Source: Hyphomonadaceae bacterium (GTDB lineage: Bacteria > Pseudomonadota > Alphaproteobacteria > Caulobacterales > Aquidulcibacteraceae). Taken from it: a stretch of 64,000 nt of DNA. The notes beneath the pieces were generated by a model. It saw nothing but the letters and a program-made list of their open reading frames with translations. It was not told the origin of the DNA and searched no databases. Made by a program: the position numbers and the translations under genes. Below are positions 18,815-27,081 of the stretch, one piece after another. The stretch spans positions 102,240 through 166,239 of the forward strand of contig JANRIP010000005.1 in the NCBI GenBank assembly GCA_033764855.1, read 5' to 3'. Within the stretch, counting starts at the first letter, position 1; every line of letters begins with the position of its first letter.

Positions 18815-19276
18815 ATGCAGCTGGACGAATTCGATCACAAAATTCTCGCGCTGCTGGAGCGCGATGGCTCCCTCACCAGCGCAGCCATAGCCGATGAGGT
18901 CGGCCTCTCCCCCTCCGCCTGCCATCGGCGCGTGAAGGCGATGGAAGCGGCCGGCGTGATTGCGGGCTATGCGGCGATCCTTTCAGAGAAAGCGCTGGGC
19001 CGCAGCGCCACTGTGTTCGTGGCCGTGACGCTCGACAATCAGCGCGCCGACACCATGGCCGCGTTCGAGCGCGCCGTCGCCACCTGCCGCGAGGTGCAGG
19101 ACTGCCATCTGATGACCGGCGAAAGCGATTATTTGCTGCGCATCGTCATCGCCGATGACGACCGCTATGAGCGCGTCCACCGCGAAACGCTATCGAAGCT
19201 GCCGGGCGTGCGGCGGCTGGTGAGCAATTTCACCATCCGCACTGTGTTCCGACGCGCGGCGAGTGTGGCGTATTAA
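18815..19276 (+). CDS. Lrp/AsnC family transcriptional regulator
   Basis: Starts MQLDEFDHKILALLERDGSLT. 153 aa, divergent from ald, the usual arrangement for this regulator type. Confidence 0.85.
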   Translation: MQLDEFDHKILALLERDGSLTSAAIADEVGLSPSACHRRVKAMEAAGVIAGYAAILSEKALGRSATVFVAVTLDNQRADTMAAFERAVATCREVQDCHLMTGESDYLLRIVIADDDRYERVHRETLSKLPGVRRLVSNFTIRTVFRRAASVAY

Positions 19277-19290
19277 AGCTCATCCACCCC

Positions 19291-19430
19291 CGTCATTCCG
19301 GACGAACTCCCGCGAAAGCGGGAGGGAGACCCGGAACCCAGGAGGACTGGGCGCAGCGCCAAACTCGCATCTAAAAAATTGAGGTTGTCGCCCCTGGGTT
19401 CCGGATCGCGCTCCGCGCGTCCGGAATGAC
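19291..19430. repeat. family-A nested-palindrome element (A3, solo, long loop)
   Basis: Outer IR gtcattccggacg / cgtccggaatgac, inner IR ccggaacccagg / cctgggttccgg (perfect), arm hairpins ctcccgc-gaaa-gcgggag and cgcgc-tcc-gcgcg. Fills the gap between two convergent genes. Confidence 0.85.
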
Positions 19431-19455
19431 TGAATTTAGTGAAGCGTACCTTCAC

Positions 19456-20412
19456 TTAAATCGGATAGCGCATCGCGACATTGGCGCGTTCGTATTTCGC
19501 GCCGAACTTTTTCATCACTTCATCGCAATGGTAGAAGCCCATCTTCTCGTAAAGATGGATCGCGGCCTTTTGCTTCGTATTCGTGAGCAAATGAAGCTTC
19601 TTTACGCCCATTTCACGGGCCCGCGCGATCAGTGCGGCAAGTAGAAACTCGCCCGCCTTCTGGCCGCGTTTTTTCGATGAGACCGCCATTTTGGTGAATT
19701 CGTAGTCGCCATCCTTGCCGACTGGCTGCAGCGCGCCGACGCCAATGATGTCTCCATCGCCATCGCGGACGAATAGAATATCGCCGCCCCGATCGATAAT
19801 GTGCTTGCGCGGATTTGACAGCACCTCTTCGTCCGTCTGCTCCATCTTGAACGCTGAGCGAATCCATTCGGCGTTGAGATCGTAAAACGCGCGCGCGAGT
19901 TCATCGCTATAGCGAACAATAGAAAGACCGGGCGGTTCGCCGGAGCGTGTATGGAGCGGCGTCGCGGCGAGCTTGTCCTCGTAGGCCGCCAACCGCTCTA
20001 AAATGTCGACCGCACCCGCCTCCTCGCTCAGTTCGCGCGCCGCTTCCCTGATCTGGCGCCACGCCGTCGCCTTGAGATGCGCCACCTTGCGCCGGCCTTC
20101 GTCCGTCAGACGTATGACGCGAATGCGCTGATCGGTTTCATGCGTCTCATTGCTGACGAGACCGCTCTCCACCATCGCCGATACGGTGCGCGTGATCGCC
20201 GGCTGTGACACCCCGATCAGGTCGCCGAGCTCGCCAATCGTCGCCGCGCCGCGCAGATCGAGCGTCGCCAGGATGACGTTGAAAGCGGGGAGCAGCCGGC
20301 CATGGCCGCCGGCCTCGAAAATCCTGGTGCAATCAGCCTGCATGCGCTCGGCCAGGCGCTTCATGCGGCTGCCCAAGAACAGAAATCCCAGCTCAGCCAG
20401 CGCGTCCGCCAT
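19456..20412 (-). CDS. MarR-type HTH regulator fused to GNAT N-acetyltransferase
   Basis: N-terminal half is MarR-like (LGDLIGVSQPAITRTVSAMVESGLV). C-terminal half is GNAT (GVGALQP...RGQKAGEFLLAALIARAREMG...LYEKMGF). Confidence 0.8.
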   Translation of the reverse strand: MADALAELGFLFLGSRMKRLAERMQADCTRIFEAGGHGRLLPAFNVILATLDLRGAATIGELGDLIGVSQPAITRTVSAMVESGLVSNETHETDQRIRVIRLTDEGRRKVAHLKATAWRQIREAARELSEEAGAVDILERLAAYEDKLAATPLHTRSGEPPGLSIVRYSDELARAFYDLNAEWIRSAFKMEQTDEEVLSNPRKHIIDRGGDILFVRDGDGDIIGVGALQPVGKDGDYEFTKMAVSSKKRGQKAGEFLLAALIARAREMGVKKLHLLTNTKQKAAIHLYEKMGFYHCDEVMKKFGAKYERANVAMRYPI

Positions 20413-20430
20413 CGCTCATTCCATAAGGCT

Positions 20431-20448
20431 TTATATAACTACTTATAT
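20431..20448. promoter_or_regulatory. perfect palindrome, candidate MarR-type operator
   Basis: tatataa-ctac-ttatata, the most AT-rich spot of the intergenic region, 19-36 bp upstream of the MarR-GNAT ATG and upstream of acs. Confidence 0.4.
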
Positions 20449-20540
20449 ACTATGCGGCGCGGGTGTCAACACGATGCGGGAGTTCGCTCTTGTATCGGGT
20501 CGGCCCCGCGCTCTAATCCGCACGCCAAGAGGAAACGCCT

Positions 20541-22490
20541 ATGTCCGATGCTGTTGTCATTCCCGTCCCGCCCGAATGGGCTAAGCGCGCCTATGTGGAT
20601 GATGTCGCCTATCGCTCCATGCATGCGGCGGCTTTGGCCGATCCGGAGGCGTTCTGGGGCGTTGAGGGTCAGCGGCTCGATTGGATCAAGCCCTACACCA
20701 AGGTGAAGGACTGCTCCTTCAACGAGGCTGACTTTCACATTCGCTGGTACGAGGATGGCACGCTCAACGCCGCGTACAATTGCATCGACCGGCATCTGGA
20801 AAAACGCGGCGATCAAGTGGCGATCATTTGGGAAGGTGACGACCCGGCCCACTCCGCGAAATTCACTTATCGCCAGCTGCATGCGGAAGTGTGCCGCTTC
20901 GCCAATGTGCTGAAGGCGCAAGGCGTCAAGAAGGGTGACATCGTCACCATCTACCTTCCGATGATTCCGCATGCGGCCTTCGCCATGCTGGCGTGCGCGC
21001 GCATTGGCGCGGCGCATTCGGTGGTGTTTGGCGGCTTCTCGCCGGAGAGCCTCGCCAACCGTATCAATGATTGCGGATCGAAATTCGTGATCACCGCCGA
21101 TGAGGGCGTGCGCGGCGGCAAAATCATTCCGCTGAAAGCCAATGTGGATGAAGCGCTCGCCCACGCGCACGTGCCAACCAATGTCGACAAGGTGATTGTC
21201 GTCACCCACACGGCCGCGGGCGTGCCGATGGTGGACGGGCGGGACCTTGTTTACGAGGATGAAGCGGAAAAGGTCAGCGCCGAGTGCCCGTGCGAGGAAA
21301 TGAGCGCGGAAGATCCGCTCTTTATCCTCTACACGTCAGGCTCAACAGGAAAGCCGAAAGGCGTGCTGCACACGACGGGCGGTTATCTCGTCTACGCCTC
21401 GATCACGCATCAATATGTGTTCGATTATCATGATGGCGACATCTATTGGTGCACCGCCGATGTGGGCTGGGTGACGGGTCATTCCTACATCGTCTATGGC
21501 CCGCTCGCGAACGGCGCGACGACATTGATCTTTGAAGGCGTGCCGAATTATCCAACCACATCGCGCTTCTGGGAGGTGGTGGACAAGCACCAGGTCAACA
21601 TCTTCTACACCGCGCCCACCGCGATCCGCGCTTTAATGCGCGAAGGCGAAGCGCCGGTGAAGAAAACTTCGCGCGCGAGTTTGCGTCTGCTCGGCAGCGT
21701 AGGCGAGCCGATCAATCCGGAAGCCTGGCTTTGGTATTATCGCACGGCGGGCGATAGCCGCTGCCCAGTGGTCGATACGTGGTGGCAAACCGAAACTGGC
21801 GGCGCGCTGATCACCAATCTGCCCGGCGCCACGGCGATGAAGCCTGGCAGCGCCACGCGGCCTTTCTTTGGCGTCAAACCCGCGCTCGTCGACGAGCAAG
21901 GCAATTTTCTTGAAGGCGCGGCAAGCGGCAATCTGGTGCTGCTGGATTCATGGCCGGGCCAGATGCGCACCGTTTATGGCGATCATAAGCGCTTCTTCGA
22001 CACCTACTTCACCACCTATAGAGGCATGTACTTCACCGGCGATGGCTGCCGCCGCGATGAAGACGGCTATTATTGGATCACCGGCCGCGTCGATGACGTC
22101 TTGAATGTCAGCGGCCATCGCATCGGCACGGCGGAGATCGAAAGCGCGCTGGTGGCGGATACGAAAGTGGCTGAGGCCGCCGTCGTCGGCTATCCGCACG
22201 ACATTAAGGGCCAGGGCATTTATGCGTACGTCACCCTGAAGCAAGGCGTTGAGCCGAGCGATGAGCTGAAGCGCGAATTGGTGCAGGTGGTGCGCCACGA
22301 AATCGGCCCCACTGCGACGCCCGACATCATCCAATGGGCGCCCGGCCTGCCCAAGACTCGCAGCGGCAAAATCATGCGCCGCATCCTGCGCAAGATCGCT
22401 GAGAACGAACTGGGCAATTTAGGCGATACGAGCACGCTGGCGGACCCAAGCGTGGTGGAGGATTTGGTGCGGAATCGGGCAGGGGCTTAA
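20541..22490 (+). CDS. acs: acetyl-CoA synthetase
   Basis: 649 aa. AMP-binding motif [12 protein letters not shown]-terminal [11 protein letters not shown] motif containing the conserved acetylatable lysine. Confidence 0.95.
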   Translation: MSDAVVIPVPPEWAKRAYVDDVAYRSMHAAALADPEAFWGVEGQRLDWIKPYTKVKDCSFNEADFHIRWYEDGTLNAAYNCIDRHLEKRGDQVAIIWEGDDPAHSAKFTYRQLHAEVCRFANVLKAQGVKKGDIVTIYLPMIPHAAFAMLACARIGAAHSVVFGGFSPESLANRINDCGSKFVITADEGVRGGKIIPLKANVDEALAHAHVPTNVDKVIVVTHTAAGVPMVDGRDLVYEDEAEKVSAECPCEEMSAEDPLFILYTSGSTGKPKGVLHTTGGYLVYASITHQYVFDYHDGDIYWCTADVGWVTGHSYIVYGPLANGATTLIFEGVPNYPTTSRFWEVVDKHQVNIFYTAPTAIRALMREGEAPVKKTSRASLRLLGSVGEPINPEAWLWYYRTAGDSRCPVVDTWWQTETGGALITNLPGATAMKPGSATRPFFGVKPALVDEQGNFLEGAASGNLVLLDSWPGQMRTVYGDHKRFFDTYFTTYRGMYFTGDGCRRDEDGYYWITGRVDDVLNVSGHRIGTAEIESALVADTKVAEAAVVGYPHDIKGQGIYAYVTLKQGVEPSDELKRELVQVVRHEIGPTATPDIIQWAPGLPKTRSGKIMRRILRKIAENELGNLGDTSTLADPSVVEDLVRNRAGA

Positions 22491-22499
22491 ACTGCCATC

Positions 22500-22620
22500 C
22501 CATTTCCGTCATTCCGGGGCATGCGCAGCATGAACCCGGAATCCAGGGGATGACAGAGCATATCGGCTGCCCCTGGATTCCGGGTTCGACCTAGCGGTCG
22601 CCCCGGAATGACGGAAATGG
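22500..22620. repeat. family-A nested-palindrome element (A4)
   Basis: 20-bp perfect outer IR ccatttccgtcattccgggg / ccccggaatgacggaaatgg, 18-bp perfect inner IR gaacccggaatccagggg / cccctggattccgggttc, arm hairpins catgc-gca-gcatg and cgacc-tagc-ggtcg. Confidence 0.9.
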
Positions 22621-22632
22621 TAGCGTCGAGCT

Positions 22633-22953
22633 ATGTCCCGCTACGAAGCCATTGCGGTTTACATCATGGCGAATGAGCGCAATGGCACGCTCTATATTGG
22701 CGTGACCAGCAATTTGCCACGACGCGCTCAGCAACATCGCGAAGGGCTCGTTGAAGGCTTCACGCAGAAGTACGGCTGCAAGCTACTTGTTTGGTTTGAA
22801 CAACGCCAAGATATGCACACCGCGCTCGCACGCGAGAAAGAACTCAAGAAGTGGCGCCGCGACTGGAAGCTCGCCCTGATCGAGAAATCAAACCCACAAT
22901 GGCGGGATCTCGCGGAGGACTTCCTAAATCCCCCGCCGCCAACTTTTCTCTGA
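22633..22953 (+). CDS. GIY-YIG nuclease family protein
   Basis: 106 aa with YIMANERNGTLYIGVTSNL...H..G...F..KYG...LVWFE...E..LKKWRRDWK. Bracketed within 12 and 2 bp by elements A4 and A5. Confidence 0.8.
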   Translation: MSRYEAIAVYIMANERNGTLYIGVTSNLPRRAQQHREGLVEGFTQKYGCKLLVWFEQRQDMHTALAREKELKKWRRDWKLALIEKSNPQWRDLAEDFLNPPPPTFL

Positions 22954-22955
22954 TC

Positions 22956-23063
22956 CGTCGTTCCGGGGCGACCGGAGGTCGAACCCGGAATCCAGGGGCC
23001 AGCAAGTACCGCGCTCTCGTCCCTTGGATTCCGGGTTCATGCTCCGCATGCCCCGGAGTGACG
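22956..23063. repeat. family-A nested-palindrome element (A5, inverted relative to A4)
   Basis: Outer IR cgtcgttccgggg / ccccggagtgacg, inner IR gaacccggaatccagggg / cccttggattccgggttc. The arm hairpins cgacc-gga-ggtcg and catgc-tcc-gcatg occur in the opposite order to A4. Confidence 0.85.
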
Positions 23064-23128
23064 AACTGGCCACGCCAACGTAGGTCACACCCCTAGCGCC
23101 GGCCGCCCTACCATTGTATATCCACAGC

Positions 23129-23203
23129 ATGCTCAACGCCCGTTGGCCCGCGTTTCGATTTTTTAGCTGGTCGCCATTCCTGGCGGGCAGGGCCGTATCC
23201 TAG
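23129..23203 (+). CDS. candidate attenuation leader peptide (Trp/Phe-rich mini-ORF)
   Basis: ATG..TAG encodes MLNARWPAFRFFSWSPFLAGRAVS (2 Trp and 4 Phe in 24 codons). It ends 29 nt before a terminator that precedes the DAHP synthase gene. No obvious SD. Confidence 0.4.
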   Translation: MLNARWPAFRFFSWSPFLAGRAVS

Positions 23204-23231
23204 CGCGAGCACGCGAAGCGAGACGAAACCC

Positions 23232-23258
23232 AAGCCGCCAGGATCTGGCGGCTTTTTT
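23232..23258 (+). terminator. rho-independent terminator / candidate attenuator upstream of DAHP synthase
   Basis: aagccgcca / tggcggctt stem with a tttttt tail, ending 39 nt before the GTG start. The 5' stem half ccgccagg can alternatively pair with cctggcgg at 23179-23186, inside the mini-ORF. Confidence 0.65.
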
Positions 23259-23296
23259 ATCGCCCGCCAGCCTTGCGCAAACCGAGAGACTTGAAC

Positions 23297-24355
23297 GTGC
23301 AGATACCGACTGACGACCTCCGCATTCTCGATGTGCGGCCGATCTCCTCACCGATGCAGCTGATCCGCGAGGCGCAGCCTACACAGCAGGCGCTGCAAAC
23401 CGTGATTGACGTGCGCAACGCGTTCAAGCGCATCCTGGATGGCGAAGATGACAGGCTGGCCGTGGTGGTCGGCCCCTGCTCGATCCACGACACCAAGGCG
23501 GCGATGGACTATGCGCGGCGGCTCGCCGAAGCGCGCGCCAAGCATGCAGGCGAACTTGAGCTGATCATGCGCGTCTATTTCGAAAAGCCGCGCACGACCA
23601 CGGGCTGGAAGGGCCTGATCAACGATCCCGAACTGAATGGCACGTTCGAGATCGAGGAAGGTTTGCGCATCGCGCGAAAGCTGCTGCTGGACATAAACGA
23701 TATCGGTGTGCCCACCGGCTGCGAATATCTCGATATGATCACGCCGCAATATATCGCCGACCTGGTTGGCTGGGGCGCGATTGGCGCGCGCACGACGGAG
23801 AGCCAGGCGCATCGCCAGCTGGCTTCTGGCCTCTCCTGCGCGGTCGGCTTCAAGAATGGCACCAAGGGTGATGTGCAAATCGCCGTGGACGCCGTACTCG
23901 CCTCGGCCGCCCCGCACCATTTCATGACCGTGACCAAATGGGGCGTGGTCGCTGTCGCCAACACGGCCGGCAATAGAGATTGCCACATCATCCTGCGCGG
24001 CGGCGCCGACGCCACCAATTATGACGCAGCGAGCGTGCAAGCCGCATGCGCGCTGCTGGCGAAGGCCGGCTTGCCGGAGCGGCTGATGGTGGATGCGAGC
24101 CACGCCAATAGCCGCAAGAACCCAGAGAACCAAAAGCTGGTAATGACCGATATCGCTGCGCAAATCGCCGGCGGCGAGCGGCGCGTGATTGGCGTGATGG
24201 TGGAGAGCAATCTGGTGGCTGGGCGCCAGGATATCGTTCCCGGCAAAGATCTGACCTACGGCCAGAGCGTCACCGATGGCTGCATTGATTGGCAGTCGAC
24301 CGAAAAGGTTCTCGACGAACTGGCGTCCGCGATCAAAGCCCGACGGGCGCGTTAA
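23297..24355 (+). CDS. aroG: class I 3-deoxy-7-phosphoheptulonate (DAHP) synthase
   Basis: GPCSIHD motif. The GTG start at 23297 (GAGAG 8 nt upstream) gives MQIPTDDLRI..., matching the length and sequence of the enterobacterial AroG N-terminus. The track start at 23273 is TTG. Isoenzyme assignment is tentative. Confidence 0.9.
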   Translation: MQIPTDDLRILDVRPISSPMQLIREAQPTQQALQTVIDVRNAFKRILDGEDDRLAVVVGPCSIHDTKAAMDYARRLAEARAKHAGELELIMRVYFEKPRTTTGWKGLINDPELNGTFEIEEGLRIARKLLLDINDIGVPTGCEYLDMITPQYIADLVGWGAIGARTTESQAHRQLASGLSCAVGFKNGTKGDVQIAVDAVLASAAPHHFMTVTKWGVVAVANTAGNRDCHIILRGGADATNYDAASVQAACALLAKAGLPERLMVDASHANSRKNPENQKLVMTDIAAQIAGGERRVIGVMVESNLVAGRQDIVPGKDLTYGQSVTDGCIDWQSTEKVLDELASAIKARRAR

Positions 24356-24408
24356 GAGGTGCGCGACGCCGGCTGATCCGCTAGCTTCTCGCGCAGACGG
24401 GAGGCTCT

Positions 24409-24969
24409 ATGCTGACATTCCTCTTCTTCGCTGGGCTCGCCATCATGGCGGTCGGCGCGATCGTCCTGTTCAACAATCTGATCGCCAAGCGGCAAATGGC
24501 TCATAATGGCTGGGCCGATATTGACGTGCAGCTGAAGCGGCGCGCCGATCTCGTGCCGCAACTGGTGAGCACGGTGCAGGGCTATGCCGCGCACGAGCGG
24601 CAATTGTTCGAGGAGATCGCCGCCAAGCGCACGCAAGCACTCGCCGCCGGAGACGATCCCACCGCACGCGGCGCTGCGGAATCGGCGCTGACCAAACCGC
24701 TCGGGCGTCTCATTGCTGTCGCGGAAGGCTATCCCGAACTCAAAGCTAGCGAGAACTTTCTCGAACTGCAGCGCGCGCTGGCAGACACCGAAAACAAAAT
24801 CGAAATGGCGCGCCGCTTCTATAATGGCGCGGTGCGTGAGCTGAATACGGCGGTGGAGACGTTCCCGGGCAATCTCGTGGCTGGCGCGGCCAATGTGACG
24901 CAGCGCAAGTTTTTCGAGATTGACGCCGCCAGCGCCGCAGCGCCTGCGATCAATTTGGGCCAGCCATGA
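24409..24969 (+). CDS. lemA: LemA family protein
   Basis: 186 aa, N-terminal TM helix. Motifs YAAHERQLFEEI, ENFLELQRAL, RRFYNGAVRELN. Confidence 0.9.
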   Translation: MLTFLFFAGLAIMAVGAIVLFNNLIAKRQMAHNGWADIDVQLKRRADLVPQLVSTVQGYAAHERQLFEEIAAKRTQALAAGDDPTARGAAESALTKPLGRLIAVAEGYPELKASENFLELQRALADTENKIEMARRFYNGAVRELNTAVETFPGNLVAGAANVTQRKFFEIDAASAAAPAINLGQP

Positions 24970-26660
24970 AGGCGCTTTTCTTCGCGCTCATCGCGCTGCT
25001 GTTCGCCGCGCCTGCCTACGCCGCCGAGCAGATCAACCGCTTCGATGTCGTGATCGATGTGGAGACGGATGGCGATATCTTCGTTACGGAAAACATCAAC
25101 GTGACCGCCGAGGGTAATGCCATTCGCCGCGGCATTTTCCGCGATTTGCCGCGCTATTATGAGCGCGAGGGCGAGCGGCTTCCTTATGAATATGAGATCG
25201 AAAGTGTTGAGCGCGACGGGCAAAGCGAGCCGTACGACACCACGCAAGAAGGCAATGCTTTCCGCATTCGCATTGGCGAAGAAGATACGTTCCTTGACTA
25301 TGGCCCGCACGCCTATGTGATCCGCTATCGGGTCAACAATCAGGTGCGCTACTTCGCCGACTATGACGAAATTTACTGGAACGCGACCGGCAATTACTGG
25401 GCCTTCTCGATCGTGCGCGCCAGCGCGACAGTCAACTTGCCGCCCGGCGCGCGCATCACCGCAACGCAAGGCTATACTGGCGCGCTAGGCAAAACCGGAG
25501 ACGCTTACCGATACGTGCAGCGCGGCGACGCGCACATTTTTGAAACGACGCGCCCGCTGCAAATGGGTGAAGGACTCACCATTGCCGTGGGCTTCGCCAA
25601 GGGGCTGATTGATCCACCCTCTTCGGCCGATGAAGGCGCTCTGCTTTGGCACCGCTTCGGCGCGCTCGCGGTTCTGTTCGGATCTGTCGGCGCGCTGTTC
25701 TTTTTTCTGTATCGCGGCTGGACCCGGGTTGGACGCGATCCGACCAAAGGCCCTATCTTCCCGCGCTATGAGGCGCCTGCCGGCTATTCGCCCGCTGCCG
25801 TGCATTACATCTATAATCGCGCGCTTGTCGGCCATCGCGCGCTGATCGCGACCTTCATGAACCTCGCCGTGAAAGGTCGCATCAATATTGATGCGACCAG
25901 CAAACGCGAAACCATCCTGATGCGCTCGCCCGAGCAGAACGCCGCTGGCTTGGCCAATGAAGACCTCTCGCTTGAGCGCTCTCTGTTTGCGGCCAGCAGC
26001 ACCAAGACGCTGGGCGGCGACTACGACCCGGGCTTCACAACCGCGTACACCGCCTTCAAGAGCGCGCTGGGTCGGAACTATGGCAGCGCCTATTTCCGCT
26101 GGAACGCGGCCTACACCATCATCGCGCTCGTGCTGAGCATAGTCATCGTCATCATCGCGGCCAATGTGACGGTGAATTGGACTATCTGGCATTCGCTCGG
26201 CGTTGTGGCGCTTGCGGGGCTCAACATCGCTTTCATGTATTTCATGCCGGCGCCCACGGTGAAGGGTCAGCAAGTCCGCAGCGAGATTGAAGGCTTCAAA
26301 CTTTATCTCGAAACCGCTGAGAAGCTGCAGCTCAACGCGGTCCAGGTCGGCTCGGCCGAGCCGCCGCCCATGACCAAAGAGCGCTATGAGGCGTTCTTGC
26401 CCTACGCCGTCGCGCTCGATGTTGAGCGGCCTTGGACCAAGTATTTCGAACACACGCTGCCGGAGGTCGCGCGCGCCTATAGCCCGACCTGGACCAATAT
26501 GAGCACCGGCCAATCGATCGGTTCGCTCGGCTCATCCTTGGTCAACAATATCAGCTCCGGGGTCAGCAGCGCGCTGCCGCAAAGCTCCAGCTCATCCGGC
26601 TCTGGCGGCGGCGGCTCATCAGGCGGGGGCGGCGGCGGCGGGGGCGGCGGAGGCTGGTGA
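24966..26660 (+). CDS. DUF2207 domain membrane protein
   Basis: ATGA overlap with lemA. Signal peptide, large extracytoplasmic domain, several TM helices, C-terminal Ser/Gly tail ending in a run of 11 Gly plus Trp. The LemA-DUF2207 pairing is a common arrangement. Confidence 0.8.
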   Translation: MKALFFALIALLFAAPAYAAEQINRFDVVIDVETDGDIFVTENINVTAEGNAIRRGIFRDLPRYYEREGERLPYEYEIESVERDGQSEPYDTTQEGNAFRIRIGEEDTFLDYGPHAYVIRYRVNNQVRYFADYDEIYWNATGNYWAFSIVRASATVNLPPGARITATQGYTGALGKTGDAYRYVQRGDAHIFETTRPLQMGEGLTIAVGFAKGLIDPPSSADEGALLWHRFGALAVLFGSVGALFFFLYRGWTRVGRDPTKGPIFPRYEAPAGYSPAAVHYIYNRALVGHRALIATFMNLAVKGRINIDATSKRETILMRSPEQNAAGLANEDLSLERSLFAASSTKTLGGDYDPGFTTAYTAFKSALGRNYGSAYFRWNAAYTIIALVLSIVIVIIAANVTVNWTIWHSLGVVALAGLNIAFMYFMPAPTVKGQQVRSEIEGFKLYLETAEKLQLNAVQVGSAEPPPMTKERYEAFLPYAVALDVERPWTKYFEHTLPEVARAYSPTWTNMSTGQSIGSLGSSLVNNISSGVSSALPQSSSSSGSGGGGSSGGGGGGGGGGGW

Positions 26661-27004
26661 TGCGCGTGGTCAACATTGTTTCGGCGCTCACCGGCGCGTT
26701 CGCGCTCATCATGCTGGCGCTGTTGCGGCACGCTGGCGCTGGCGGCGATATGAGCGCGGTGCTGATAGGCGGCATGCTGCACTTGAGCGCGGCGACGGCG
26801 GGTCTGACCGTTGCGGGGCGCAGTGGTAAACTCAACCTCATCGCCATCGCCATGGTGCTTGTGGGCGCAAACATTTTCGCCGGCGTCATTTACGCCAACG
26901 CCTTGGCGCCGGGGCATCCGTTTCACGCGCTAGCGCCGCTCGGCGGCGGCCTGCAAATTATCGGCTGGATTCTCCTGGCCTTCGCGTCGCCCGAGCGGCG
27001 CTAA
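26657..27004 (+). CDS. DUF423-like small membrane protein
   Basis: 115 aa, 4 hydrophobic helices, C-terminal PLGGGLQIIGW motif. Overlaps the previous stop. Confidence 0.65.
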   Translation: MMRVVNIVSALTGAFALIMLALLRHAGAGGDMSAVLIGGMLHLSAATAGLTVAGRSGKLNLIAIAMVLVGANIFAGVIYANALAPGHPFHALAPLGGGLQIIGWILLAFASPERR

Positions 27005-27081
27005 CATCTGCGCGCGCAAGTCGCGCACTCGCCAAACGCCGCTGATGCGCTAAATGCTAGCGCTGAAGCCGGAGACGCCTT

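Noticed and set aside
26590-26656. Run of ggc/ggg triplets that looks like a tandem repeat
   Set aside because: It is in frame within the DUF2207 gene and encodes the Ser/Gly tail ending in a run of 11 Gly. It is not a CRISPR array or an intergenic microsatellite.
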